64,000 nt of DNA from Eledone cirrhosa (taxonomy: Eukaryota), in assembly GCA_964016885.1 (NCBI GenBank), contig OZ024740.1, positions 370,016,001 to 370,080,000 of the forward strand, in the 5' to 3' direction. Below, one piece after another: positions 1-11,793 of this stretch. The translations under genes and the position numbers were made by a program. The first letter of the stretch is position 1. Each line of letters opens with the position of its first letter. The notes beneath the pieces were generated by a model. That model had not been told where the DNA came from. It was given only the letters and a program-made list of their open reading frames with translations, and made no database searches.

Positions 1-452
1 TGTCGGTGAGCATGTCCATCTAACCTCAGTCTCCTCTGTGTCACTTTTGAGCTGACTTTGGGGATGCTCCCATACAGCTCTGAGTTTTTCATCCTCAGTG
101 TATACTGATTAATGTTCAGAGCCATCCTCAGCATTTTCGTGTAGCACCCATCCACCATCTGAGTGAGTTTCTTGGTCAGTGTCCAAGTCTCAGACCCATA
201 CAGCAGCACAGACTCCACTACAGCAATGAAGTAGCTATTCTGGTCGGGAATGTTGAGAAGCCAGAGGGGATCACTAATGTAGGCGGGAAGCCGCTGGAAT
301 TGGTTGAGGACTTCCTGTATTTGGGAGCAAAGATTAGGAATACGGAAGATGATGTGGTTGAGAGGAGGAGCAAGGCCTGGGCGGCGTGCCACAGCTTCAA
401 ATCGGTGTGGAAGTCGGACCATCGTAGAGACCTGAAACTCCGCCTCTTCATT
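1..452. mobile_element. RTE-group LINE RT C-terminal fragment with internal inversion (1-231 minus, 232-452 plus)
   Basis: Plus part encodes VEDFLYLGAKI...KAWAACHSFKSVWKS...LKLRLFI. Minus part continues FIAVVESVLLYGSETWTLTKK...DGCYTKMLRMALN...RRLRLDGH, typical of RTE-like ORFs downstream of the RT core. Confidence 0.8.
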
Positions 453-676
453 ACACACACAGACATATATATATATATATATACTTGTATGTATGTAGGG
501 AGAATCAAAGTAGGCTTTCTTTAGAAACGGGTAGCGAATTAGAAAATTAGGTAGTAACATGAGCTTACGCCGTATTTGACTAAATAGAATTAGTCAGTTA
601 GTTGGGATTTTCAAAAACACTCCAAATGGAAATATACATATATACATACATGCACCACACACGCGCAGACCCAGAC

Positions 677-794
<118 letters not shown>

Positions 795-813
795 TTATAT
801 ATATATATATACA

Positions 814-1037
814 CATGAAGGCGGCCGACCGGACTAGAAATTGCTAAATGTGTGGCCTCCTTCTTGTCTCTCTGTCTTTTCAGCCCCATAGACTGTGTCT
901 ACTTTATTCCTTTGTTAAATTTCGAATACCTGATGATGTTACCGGATTCATACTGAAGCGGTCATTGTAATGTTCATAGTATAATAAACTAATAAACTTT
1001 TAAGGAATTACACCACGTCAGCCTCCTGTTATTTTAT

Positions 1038-1039
<2 letters not shown>
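814..1039 (+). mobile_element. Short terminal fragment of HHR-bearing family X (same as arms of 23878-25615)
   Basis: Aligns by eye with 25360-25570. Contains CTGATGA core at about 930 with GAAA mutated to GTAA. Flanked by (TA)n. Confidence 0.75.
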
Positions 1040-1075
<36 letters not shown>

Positions 1076-1180
1076 AAATTGAGGTTGGTAATGGCACATG
1101 GAATATATAAGAGACAGAATACTTTTTTGTGAAAAAACATAATTTTATAAGGTAAGGAAATAATAAAGGGCATAAAAAAT

Positions 1181-1218
1181 GACCGGTTTCGATGGGTCTG
1201 CAAAAGCCATCTTTTCAA
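1181..1218 (-). ncRNA. Variant hammerhead-like motif in Neptune pLTR
   Basis: TTGAAAA-GATGG...CCATC-GAAA-CCGG-TC on the minus strand. Non-canonical core, palindromic ACCGGT stem III. Confidence 0.55.
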
Positions 1219-1676
1219 ATGTTGATTAATATTAAGAAAAATTAATAATACGAAGAGTTAAAATTTGAGATTTGAAAATTCAAGTATAAAATTCAGTGTG
1301 GGATTTCATAGCAGTTTTCATCTTGGTAGCAGCAAGTTGACTGCTGTGTGCCTTTCTGGTAGTGAATGAGGAGTTATTTGGGGTGTGGGTTATTTTATAA
1401 AGGTCAGATTTAGCAATCGCCAACTGGCCAGCTGCTGGTCAGTGAGGGGGTGGAAGCAATATACATACACATATCTTCCTGTGGTGGGTAGGAGAGTGGA
1501 GCGTGATAGAAAGGGATTTAGTGCACTTACACCTATATATACACACATACCTTCATCCACACATACATATACATATACATATACATATATATATATATAT
1601 ATATACTTATACACACATACATACACACACACATACATATACATACACACATACACACACACGCATATATACACAT

Positions 1677-1722
<46 letters not shown>

Positions 1723-2270
1723 CCACACATACATACACGCACACACACATATATATACATACACACATACAAACATACACACACACACACATATATATAC
1801 ACATACACACACATATATATACACACACACACACACGCATATATATATATATACATATACACATACGCATACATACAGATACACACATACATACACACAC
1901 ACACACGCGCACACACAATACATACACCCACACACAGAGAAATGGCCTCCAAATATATATATATATATATATACATACAGACACATATTTTTTCCATAAT
2001 ATAAGAAGTTGGGACAGTGAAATTAAAATACAAGTCATTCTGATCACATTGAGTTCTTCATGTAGATTGGGCCCCGCAACCGACAGTGGTGAATTCTGTG
2101 TGCGCATATATATATAGATATATGTGTGTGCACGTGCAGGGTTTAACATGGATGTGTTGGTCACATAAAGGCATGGTCTGTCAACGAATAAACCTGATTC
2201 TACAGAATTGGTCTCTGGTCTTTAATAGTAGTGATTCCGTGCGTATGTGTGTTTATATTTTATGACAATT

Positions 2271-4556
2271 CTATTGGGGTGATAACCCGTTTAGTTTTGG
2301 TTCAAATTTGTTAAGGAATAGATTTTCTTTGTTTATTCTTTGTTGCTGTGTGAACGAATCTGAGCACTTGTAGAAGGGGAAGATTTTAAAGTTGGGTAGT
2401 GTCATTCCTGCGCAGTTCGCAATATGGCTGCTCAAGGGGATTTTTCTTGTGTTAGCGTCCCGGATTTGTTGGCGGTGGATGGTCATTCTTTTGCGTAATG
2501 AGGTGCCCGTCTGTCCTATGTAGTTGTGTTTGCACCCACCGAAAGTTATTGCGTAAATCAAGTTCTCCGAGTTGCAGGTGAAATTGTTTTTTACTGTAAA
2601 TGTTTGGCCATCTTTGAATGTAAATGTTTGTCCTTCAGTGAGGTAGAGGCACGTTCCACAGTTTGTTCTACCACATTTGGTAACTGTAGGGTTGAGGATT
2701 GGTTTGGGTATATTTGGTCCAGTGAGAATGCGTTTAAGTGATTTGGGTTGTCTTTTACTTTTAAGGATCTTGTGTGTTTCAAGAATAGACTTCATTTTTA
2801 CATCTTTAAGTAGGATGGGGAGGTTTTTGTGTAGGTGATCAAACATTTCGGTATTTCTGGGGTTGAAAGTGGATACATATGGCAGCGTGTTGAGTGTGGT
2901 TTTCTGTTTTGGATTGTTAAGTTGATGGGGATTTAGGTGTTTTGCCCTGTCTATTCCATTGTTGATTATTTCAAGTGGAAAGGCTCTTAAGATAAGGGTG
3001 TCTTTTAGTTCCTTTAGTCTTTGCTCCCGTTTAGGTGTATCTGATATTATGGTACATATACGTTTGGCCAAATTGTAAGGAATGTTAAGTTGTGTATGTT
3101 TTGGGTGACTTGATGTGAAAAAGAGGTATTGCTTGGAATCTGTGGGTTTATAGAATATATCTGTATCTAATTTCCCGCCTATTACAGAGATGAGAATATC
3201 CAAGAAGGCTAATTCCTTAGGATTGGATTCCATTGTGAATTGTATGTTATTATCTATGTTGTTTATCATATTTTTAAACGTAGTAAGTGAGTTCATGTCT
3301 TCTTGCCATAGGATAAAGCAGTCATCTAGATATCTTTTCCAATTGGCTTTGAGGTGTGTGTGGAAAGAGTCTCCAAATAAGAGAAGGGACTGACTGTATA
3401 TTTGTTGTTCATGGAATCCCATGACTAGGTTGGCATATGTGGGTGCTACTTTCGTGCCCATTGCCGTACCTGATACTTGTCTGTATGTTGAACCATTGAA
3501 TGTGAAGTAGTTATTTTGTAGGATAAAGCGGAGTCCGTCAGTGATAAAATCTGTGTTGATGCGTGTCGGTATTTCTGATGGGTGTGTGTTAAGCCAGTAT
3601 TGGACTGATGTTATTCCATAGTTGTGAGGTATGTTTGTGTAGAGGTTTATTACGTCAAAGGAGACAAGAATTGTATTTGCACTTACTGTTTTAGGGAGGT
3701 GTTTCAGCATGTCAAGGTCATCTCGTATGTAGCTCTGTATATGTTGTAGAAAGGGTTTCAGTAGGATGTCCAGAAAGTTGCTAAGTCTGTGGGTTTCACA
3801 TGTAGGGCCTGCTATAATTGGCCTGAGTTTTAGGTCTTCTGGTGGTGTTAGTTCAATGTAATTGTTGGTTGAGGTGTCACATGCATCGTTTATGGGTTTA
3901 CATTTGTGGAGTTTCGGTAAGCCGTAAAAAAAGCTTGTATTGCATTTGAAGTGGCTTATATAGTTAAACTCTTTTGTGGTTAAGCTGTTGCGGTATTTAT
4001 TCAGTAAGGTCAAAAGGTTCCCCGTTGTTTTGGTGTGTTTGTAGTTTTCTGTTTTTTCATAGTATGTGTTGTTTTCTAAAATGTTAAGTGAGACGGTCCT
4101 ATAGTAGTCCGTATTCATAATGACAACAGTACTGCCTTTATCGGCTTCTTTGATAGTTATCTCAGGGTTGTTTCTAAGTGTGAATAATTCTTCCCATTCG
4201 TGTGTAGATAGGTTTGATTTCGTGTGTTTATTTGTAATTTTTTCATAGGGAAAGTTGGTGATGTGTTCGCAGTACGTGTCCAGTGCTTTATTTCTTCCCT
4301 TTTGTGGGCAGAAATTGCTTTTATTTCTAACCAGTGATTCGTCTTCAGTGTTGGTGTCGTTGTGGAAGAATTCCGTTAGTCGCAGCTTTCGGCAGTATTC
4401 CATGATGTCATCCTTCATTTCGGGGAAGTTTGGTTTACGTGGTGTAGGTGTAAATTTCAGGCCCTTACTTAAAATGTTGATTTGTGTGTTGGTTAGAGGT
4501 GTCTTTGAGAGGTTGATTATTTTTGGTTTCTCCTGAGGGGGGGGGGGGGGGGGCAT
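2271..4556 (-). CDS. PLE reverse transcriptase + C-terminal GIY-YIG endonuclease
   Basis: IKEADKG, YGLPKLHK, RPIIAG, SFDVINLYTNI, GTAMGTKVAPTYANL, RYLDD, FLDI, YKPTD; Cys linker CGRTNCGTC; NLIYAIT...YIGQTG...RMTIH...E. 761 aa uninterrupted. Confidence 0.95.
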   Translation of the reverse strand: MPPPPPPQEKPKIINLSKTPLTNTQINILSKGLKFTPTPRKPNFPEMKDDIMEYCRKLRLTEFFHNDTNTEDESLVRNKSNFCPQKGRNKALDTYCEHITNFPYEKITNKHTKSNLSTHEWEELFTLRNNPEITIKEADKGSTVVIMNTDYYRTVSLNILENNTYYEKTENYKHTKTTGNLLTLLNKYRNSLTTKEFNYISHFKCNTSFFYGLPKLHKCKPINDACDTSTNNYIELTPPEDLKLRPIIAGPTCETHRLSNFLDILLKPFLQHIQSYIRDDLDMLKHLPKTVSANTILVSFDVINLYTNIPHNYGITSVQYWLNTHPSEIPTRINTDFITDGLRFILQNNYFTFNGSTYRQVSGTAMGTKVAPTYANLVMGFHEQQIYSQSLLLFGDSFHTHLKANWKRYLDDCFILWQEDMNSLTTFKNMINNIDNNIQFTMESNPKELAFLDILISVIGGKLDTDIFYKPTDSKQYLFFTSSHPKHTQLNIPYNLAKRICTIISDTPKREQRLKELKDTLILRAFPLEIINNGIDRAKHLNPHQLNNPKQKTTLNTLPYVSTFNPRNTEMFDHLHKNLPILLKDVKMKSILETHKILKSKRQPKSLKRILTGPNIPKPILNPTVTKCGRTNCGTCLYLTEGQTFTFKDGQTFTVKNNFTCNSENLIYAITFGGCKHNYIGQTGTSLRKRMTIHRQQIRDANTRKIPLSSHIANCAGMTLPNFKIFPFYKCSDSFTQQQRINKENLFLNKFEPKLNGLSPQ

Positions 4557-5347
4557 CGAGTATCCTGGTATTTCAGGCTTTTCCCTAAAAAAGGAATGTA
4601 GTTTTGTGTGTGATTATATTTTGTTGGTCTGTTGCGTGTGGGTCTGTAGCTTGTTGTTTCATGAGGGTGAATGTGATGGTGGGGGTGGTATGTATTGTGG
4701 TTGTTGATGAGCAAGGGTTCTGTTGTTGGTTCATGTGGTCTGGGTGCGTTATTTCTGTGGTACAGAGTGTTGAGGTTGGGGGGTTGTCTTTTGTTGGATT
4801 GAGGGTGATGTCTGGTGTGGTTGTGGGTAAGTTCTGTTGTGATTTCAAGTGGTCTGGGTGGATTTCTTCTGAGGAATGTGGTGTGCGTGTTGTGAGTTGG
4901 ATCTATGTTATTTCGTCGTTGGTTTATGTAGGGGGCATTTCTACGGAAACCTGTGTTGTTGTGGTTGGGTGTGTTTCTTTTGGTGTAGTTGGCCGTATTT
5001 GGTTTGTGTTGGTGGGGGATGTGCCTGTGGTTAGTGTGTGTTGGGTTTGGTGGTGTAAATGTGTCTGTTGTAGTTCTTGTTATGTTCAAATGCTTTATAA
5101 AGGGGTTACCTGTTTGGTGCGTCCTTTTAAAGTCTTCTTCATATTTGAGGAACCAGTTTTCGGATTTTTCCCACCGTTTAAGGGAAATAGTTTCTGCATT
5201 CTCGCAGTCCTGTTTCCACGATTTGATTAAATTTTGTAGGGTTGTTCCCTCGGCCTTTTTAGTGCATTCTTCCTCCATATTTTTGTCAGTATCCTTATAC
5301 TCTTGCTCGTTTGAGGTGGCCCTTAATTTTAGGAGTTCTATTTCCAT
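4517..5347 (-). CDS. N-terminal part of the same PLE ORF (frameshift at G17 run 4537-4553)
   Basis: 276-aa open frame directly upstream, same strand and composition. Overlaps the RT ORF at a homopolymer. Confidence 0.7.
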   Translation of the reverse strand: MEIELLKLRATSNEQEYKDTDKNMEEECTKKAEGTTLQNLIKSWKQDCENAETISLKRWEKSENWFLKYEEDFKRTHQTGNPFIKHLNITRTTTDTFTPPNPTHTNHRHIPHQHKPNTANYTKRNTPNHNNTGFRRNAPYINQRRNNIDPTHNTHTTFLRRNPPRPLEITTELTHNHTRHHPQSNKRQPPNLNTLYHRNNAPRPHEPTTEPLLINNHNTYHPHHHIHPHETTSYRPTRNRPTKYNHTQNYIPFLGKSLKYQDTRCPPPPPLRRNQK

Positions 5348-5376
5348 GTTTATGTATATGTATGTGTGTGTGTGTG

Positions 5377-5421
<45 letters not shown>

Positions 5422-5788
5422 GTATATGTATATGTATGTATGTGTGGATGAAGGTATGTGTGTATATATAGGTGTAAGTGCACTAAATCCCTTTCTATCA
5501 CGCTCCACTCTCCTACCCACCACAGGAAGATATGTGTATGTATATTGCTTCCACTCCCTCACTGACCAGCAGCTGGCCAGTTGGCGATTGGTAAATCTGA
5601 CCTTTATAAAATAACCCACACCCCAAATAACTCCTCATTCACTACCAGAAAGGCACACAGCAGTCAACTTGCTGCTACCAAGATGAAAACTGCTATGAAA
5701 TCATCCCACACTGAATTTTATACTTGAATTTTCAAATCTCAAATTTTAACTCTTCGTATTATTAATTTTTCTTAATATTAATCAACAT

Positions 5789-5826
5789 TTGAAAAGATGG
5801 ATTTTGCAGACCCATCGAAACCGGTC
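5789..5826 (+). ncRNA. Variant hammerhead-like motif in inverted Neptune pLTR
   Basis: TTGAAAA GATGG ATTTTGCAGAC CCATC GAAA CCGG TC. Confidence 0.55.
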
Positions 5827-5967
5827 ATTTTTTATACCCTTTATTATTTCCTTACCTTATAAAATTATGTTTTTTCACAAAAAAGTATTCTGTCTCTTAT
5901 ATATTCCATGTGCCATTACCAACCTCAATTTTCTCTATAACCTTCGTTTTGCGTAGAAAATTACACT

Positions 5968-6064
<97 letters not shown>

Positions 6065-6657
6065 CTTGGAGTTAATGCCTGTATGGTCATGCTTAAGAAT
6101 ATATGAAAATGCGTCCATTCTTTCTTATATTCGATTCCTGTTTTCAATTGTACGACTGCTGCCATGGTACGACATATATGGTAGTTATGTTCTCATGTTA
6201 TCAATTCAGATTTGTCGAATTGCTAGTTAACGGACTCAGCATTAGAAACGTATGTTAGAGGGAAGCAAGAACAATATAGCAAGACATGGATGGATGCATA
6301 TTAGTTTTGTAATGGGAACATGGTACTCCGATAGTCTACATCTTCATGTTCAGCGAATAAACATCTAGAGAAATTGATAAACACTTCATTCCTGCAAACA
6401 ATTTACATAAATGATAAACTATAAACGACTTGTAAATATCCTGAAACTATTCTTCTGTTGTGATTTCAATTTGACATGTCTAAAAGAAAAGATTCTTTTC
6501 ACACACCAACACACGTACACAGACATATACTTATATACTTATACATAATCATGGGAATCATGACATACGATATATTTAGAACATAATGATGATGATTAGG
6601 ATATATATATGTATATATATATATATAAGATCAAAAGATGGCTAAAAGAGTTCCAAG

Positions 6658-6727
6658 TATTTTATTATGCGCATTTCAAAAACAAATATCACCATGGGAT
6701 ATATCTGCGTTCTCATCAGATAAAATA
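6658..6727 (-). ncRNA. Type I hammerhead ribozyme (Naiad-2 pLTR)
   Basis: UAUUUUAU-CUGAUGA-stem II(GCAGAUAU/AUAUUUGU)-GAAA-UGCGCA-UA-AUAAAAUA. 8-bp stem I, palindromic stem III. The partner copy at about 7529-7599 has CTAATGA. Confidence 0.85.
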
Positions 6728-7648
6728 GGGATACATGTTATAAAGCTTACAAAACACTTGTGAATAGTGAAGTTTTAAATCAACATATGAAAAATAATTT
6801 AAGATTGATGTATGAGATTGGGAAAAAGTGAGGGGGTGTGGAAAAAGTAAGGAAGAGGAGGAGATGAGAGTGAAGAATGGTGGGGGAGAAGTATAAGAAG
6901 GAAGGATGAGAGAGGAGGAGAGATGCGTGATAGAGAGAGAGAGAGATAGCCTTTAAAACTGAGAAGAAAAAAATATATTGTCTCACAGAAAGAAGTTAAA
7001 AAGCCGTACACATATTACGCACACATATTACATTACGAAAAAAACAAATTTAAACCCTAACTAATTCCTCTAAATTCATAACTCATTCATTCTGCTCCTT
7101 CTTTTCACATTATATCCTTAATAACATTAATATTTTTATTTTAATAATACATATTAATAATTTCTTTTCCTCGCACATATTATTAAACCTTTCAATATAC
7201 AAACCTTAATGTAATATTACTCTTAATTCCTTTAAATTACTCTTAATTCATTTAAATTATCTATTATCTTTTAACTTCTCTCTGTGAGACAATATATATA
7301 TTTTTCTCAGTTGTAAAGGCTATCTCTTTCTCTCTATCACCCATCTCTCCTTCTCTCCCATCCTTCCTTCTTATACTCCTCCCCCACCATTCTTCACTCT
7401 CATCTCCTCCTCTTCCAACCCCCTCACTTTTTCCCAATCTCATACATCAATCTTAAATTATTTTTCATATGTTGATTTAAAACTTCACTATTCACAAGTG
7501 TTTTTTTAAGCTTCATATCATGTATCCCTATTTTATCTAATGAGAACGCAGATATCATCCCATGATGATATTTGTTTTTGAAATGCGCATAATAAAATAC
7601 TTACAACTCTTTTAACCATCTTTTGATCTTATATTATTTATACTCCAG

Positions 7649-7840
7649 GGTGGTGGATTGGCAGTATCGGTAGAGGGTCGGACGCCATGCTTTGACGTAT
7701 AGAGTTACAGCCCTTGCCATCCTGAGTTCAAATCCCGCCGAGGTTAACTTTGCCTTTCATCCTTACGGGGTCGATAAAATAAAGTACCAGTAATGTACTG
7801 GGTATTTGCTGGCCTTGTGCCAATAGTAGAAACAATTATA
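7649..7840 (+). mobile_element. tRNA-derived SINE with Nin/Deu-like central domain
   Basis: A-box-like TGGCAGTATCGG, B box GAGTTCAAATCC, core GCCTTTCATCCTTACGGGGTCGATAAAAT. 10-bp TSD TATACTCCAG at 7639-7648 and 7841-7850. Confidence 0.88.
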
Positions 7841-7922
7841 TATACTCCAGTCCTACAAACTGTAGAGTGCTACTTATCCGATATTTGTATTGCTTTATTG
7901 TGCTACAATAAAACTCACCTCC

Positions 7923-7965
<43 letters not shown>

Positions 7966-7971
<6 letters not shown>

Positions 7972-8383
7972 TATTTGGCAATATACTGTATGCTTAATTA
8001 AAAACATTTTGAAGACCTTGCGCTATTATTTTTTCAACAAATGTATACATCACTATTTCAGAGCACCAATCCTAATTTTCAATTTTTGGTGGACCGGCAA
8101 TTGCTCTGTATAATCAGTTCCTGATTATTACTGGAATTCTATAAGAATCCAGCCTCTATAATTTTCAACAAAGGTCGGCTAGTGGTAAAATCTGATCTAC
8201 ACCAACAGTGAGAAACAGATCTGTCAGCTTATCTCCCTTCGTTTGTTGAAAAAAGAAATAAGTGACATAGTCACTACTTTAAAATAATAGCGCAAGGTCT
8301 TCAAAATGTTTTTAATTAAGCATACAGTATATTGCCAAATATACTATACATGTACATCAGTATTTCAGAGCACCAATACTAAT
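7966..8383. repeat. Short insert with perfect ~67-bp inverted repeat plus 31-bp direct repeat, inside (TA)n
   Basis: 7966-8032 is the reverse complement of 8281-8347. TACATCA(C/G)TATTTCAGAGCACCAAT occurs at 8046 and 8353. Confidence 0.75.
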
Positions 8384-8385
8384 GT

Positions 8386-8416
<31 letters not shown>

Positions 8417-8574
8417 CATACATATATATATATAATTACATATGTATAAATAATTATATATGTATATATACATGATTATATGTATATATATATATATATA
8501 AATATATTTTTATATACATACAAATATATATATAATTACATATGTATATATAATTATATATGTATATATGCATG

Positions 8575-8657
<83 letters not shown>

Positions 8658-8830
8658 GTATGTATGTATATATATATATGCATATGTATGTATGTGTATA
8701 TATATGTATATATATATATATATGTATATATATGTATATATATATATATGTACATAAATACATATATATGTATACATATATATATATGTATACATATATA
8801 TATATATGTATACTTTCACCAAGCGAACTT

Positions 8831-8899
<69 letters not shown>

Positions 8900-8906
8900 A
8901 CATAAA

Positions 8907-8938
<32 letters not shown>

Positions 8939-8944
8939 AACACA

Positions 8945-8989
<45 letters not shown>

Positions 8990-9799
8990 CAAGTTCGCTT
9001 GGTTAAAGTATTGATTATCATTCAACCACTTCGCACTTAAATCTGAAACTCTGACCAAACGACATGCATTCATTTAATTAAATTACAACATGACGAAGCG
9101 CCTGTGAGTTAGTAGATTTAACTCCAAATCGGCACCATGATAACCAAATTAGACACGGTTAATAGAATTGGTACTTCCGGAAGCGTCAATTATTAGATTG
9201 GATTAAACAGGCTAAAAATACAAATGACATTATAACATTCGAAAATCAACCAGTTAATTGTAACTTCCGCTTAAAGTCTGCAGTTGTCAATTATGTTGAA
9301 TACGATCATTTAGAGGTTTGGACACAGAATTACAGTGATATGATACTTGCTGAAAATCAGTAGAGCGGTCTATTGTACTATATACTGATATTCATAGTGG
9401 ATTATGATAACGTTTTGCAAGTCACCAATATTGCGATTGATTACCAAAAATTATCAAAACAAAAGTCATATAAATATAACATGTGTTGTTATTATATCAT
9501 ATATATTATTAGCACAGATTTAAGAGTAAGCAAACATATTCTGCGTTCACCTTTATAATGACTCTTCTGAATGTGAGATATTTGAGTATAAGAAGATCCA
9601 CTACAAGGGTGAAAGCTAATATCCTTTGATTCAACTTTTAATCTATTTATTAATATATATTTTCTCTATGGGTTTATATATATATACATATATATATGAT
9701 GATGAATTGCTTCGAATGAAACAGTTCTATTCCGGTAGAAGCTATTTCTATATTAAATATTTATCCCCCCCCCCCCCCCACACACACACACATATATAT

Positions 9800-9840
<41 letters not shown>

Positions 9841-9842
<2 letters not shown>

Positions 9843-10400
9843 GGGCTGCTCATCTTTATTAGGATACGTTTTTAATAGATCAAATTTTTCATAAACTTGT
9901 TCTGATCATTATGATCCGGAGGGACCAATTCATCTCTGCAAAAACAGGAGGATAACTGTTCGATCCAAACAAAGAGCGAATTGAGCAGGATGAAACGTGA
10001 AGGGAACCAAATTGTCTACCGAAGTAATAAGCCTACAGTGACGCACATGGTCCGGGAGTCTTTAGCAAAGGATCTGATAACATGCTGCCTTACATCTCCC
10101 TCAGGGTTTTAGGGTCAATGTTAGAGGGATTGATGAGGTCTTGGATTGTGAGGGTGGGCGAGGAAAGTGCGTATGGCCTCGTAGCTCTACAGATCTGTAT
10201 TTGTTAATATAGAGGTTTGTTGAGAGGGAATTTAATCAGCACGCCCATGGCACTATGGAATAATCTCTGAAGACCGCGATAACAAGCGCAATGTCAGGAA
10301 TCGATAAAGATCATATTATTCGGGCATGTCAACGTTTCAACCCGCCCTAACGGAGGACATTTAGAATAGATGCAACAAAACCATTCGTGCCACTAGTTTT
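9841..10400 (+). mobile_element. Decayed Tc1/mariner (maT/DD37D-like) transposon remnant
   Basis: Starts CAGGG after (TA)n. 10170-10345 encodes VWPRSSTDL...VEREFNQHAHGT...SLKTAITSAMSGIDKDHIIRACQRF, resembling the WPPSSPDL C-terminus. Confidence 0.55.
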
Positions 10401-10685
10401 TCAAATAAAGTTCGCCTGTTATGATTTATGTGTCCTTTACTAAATTCATGCAAATTCTCTCAAAGAACTTAACACCTTTCATTTTCAAATTCTCTTTGAT
10501 TTATATTGAGTACTGATCTAGCCATCCCAGGTTTATCACCTGTATTGCTATTGGGCAACATTCATACCGATATAATCGTATGTCAGATCTCCCTGCTTCT
10601 GACTCTCATTCACTCACTCTCTCTTTCTCTTTCTCTCTCTCCCTCTCCCTCTCACTACACACAACACACACACACACACACACAC

Positions 10686-10762
<77 letters not shown>

Positions 10763-11138
10763 GATGTTCGTCCTTTAGCTAGTCGTTATTAATTGAAGTA
10801 TTTGCATTGAACGATTATAGAGAAATGAATCATATTTCTAAGACATTTCGCCCGTTGATTTGACTAAACAAAGCAGCAATCAGATCGATAACGGATATGA
10901 ATGAGGCAGACGATATTGAAAACGATACTTTGTAAAAATGAGTAACAAAAGACGACAATCATTTTTAAAGTTGAATCTTAATTATAATTGAGACGTTAGG
11001 CGGCCTTGGGTAGGCAATATATAAAAAAGAACGTTATACACATTTTCTTTATTTTAAGTTATGATACTTTTTAAGTAATTTACTTATTCATTTTTAATTT
11101 AAACTTTTGCATTCATCTCATTTCATTTATCATTTTCT

Positions 11139-11435
11139 TTTCAGTGATTGCATACATTAAATGGATGTGCTAATGTGTATGTATGTATCTGCTAATGTAT
11201 ATGTCCGTGTATGTATGTAAATGCTAATGTGTGTGTGTATATATGTAAGTGCTAATGCGTATGTGTATGTGTGTATGTGATAATGTATATCTGCTTGTAT
11301 GTATGTAAATGCTAATGTGTATGTGTATGTATGTAAGTGCTAATGTGTATGTGTATGTATGTATGTGATAATGTGTATGTGTGTGTATGTATGAATGTGC
11401 TAATATGTTTCAGTGATTGAATACATTACATGGAT
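11139..11435. repeat. ~28-bp minisatellite (GCTAATGTGTATGTGTATGTATGTAAGT-like) bounded by 28-bp direct repeats
   Basis: About 8 units. TTTCAGTGATTG(C/A)ATACATTA(A/C)ATGGAT at 11139 and 11408. Confidence 0.75.
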
Positions 11436-11691
11436 ATGAAAACGTAAAAGTCGAAACAGGGAACAAAAGATCTGAAGTAGATTTTTAACTCTTTTCAATT
11501 TTCAGATCAAAACCATTATAGAAATGAAATATTCGCAACTTTCTTCTTGTCTTTTCTTACCTAAGCCACGACAACAATTTCCTTTTCTGTTAAGTATTAT
11601 ATTTCGCTTTATATACTAATGTTAATTAACATTTACATCATAATAGAATATACACCGTGCAAGCAAATATTCGTCTTCAAATCTCTGATTC

Positions 11692-11793
<102 letters not shown>

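Larger units (their letters stand above)
1071..5971 (-). mobile_element. Penelope-like element (Neptune-type), 5'-truncated, with inverted pseudo-LTR copy
   Basis: RT + GIY-YIG ORF. About 500-bp inverted repeats 1071-~1600 and ~5400-5936. The right copy has a 35-nt extra tail. Flanked by (GA)n/(TA)n. Confidence 0.92.
6626..7928. mobile_element. ORF-less Naiad family-2 insertion: two inverted 3'UTR/pLTR copies plus tail
   Basis: Inverted repeat 6626-7003 vs 7270-7632. Matches the 3' UTR at 60911-61400 of the Naiad at 62117. Tail to 7928 is interrupted by a SINE. Confidence 0.85.

Noticed and set aside
1071-5936. Long terminal inverted repeats suggesting a DNA transposon or DIRS element
   Set aside because: The ORF is PLE RT + GIY-YIG with no transposase or tyrosine recombinase; the repeats are inverted pLTRs.
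7649-7740. tRNA gene
   Set aside because: A/B boxes are present but there is no cloverleaf; it is the SINE head.
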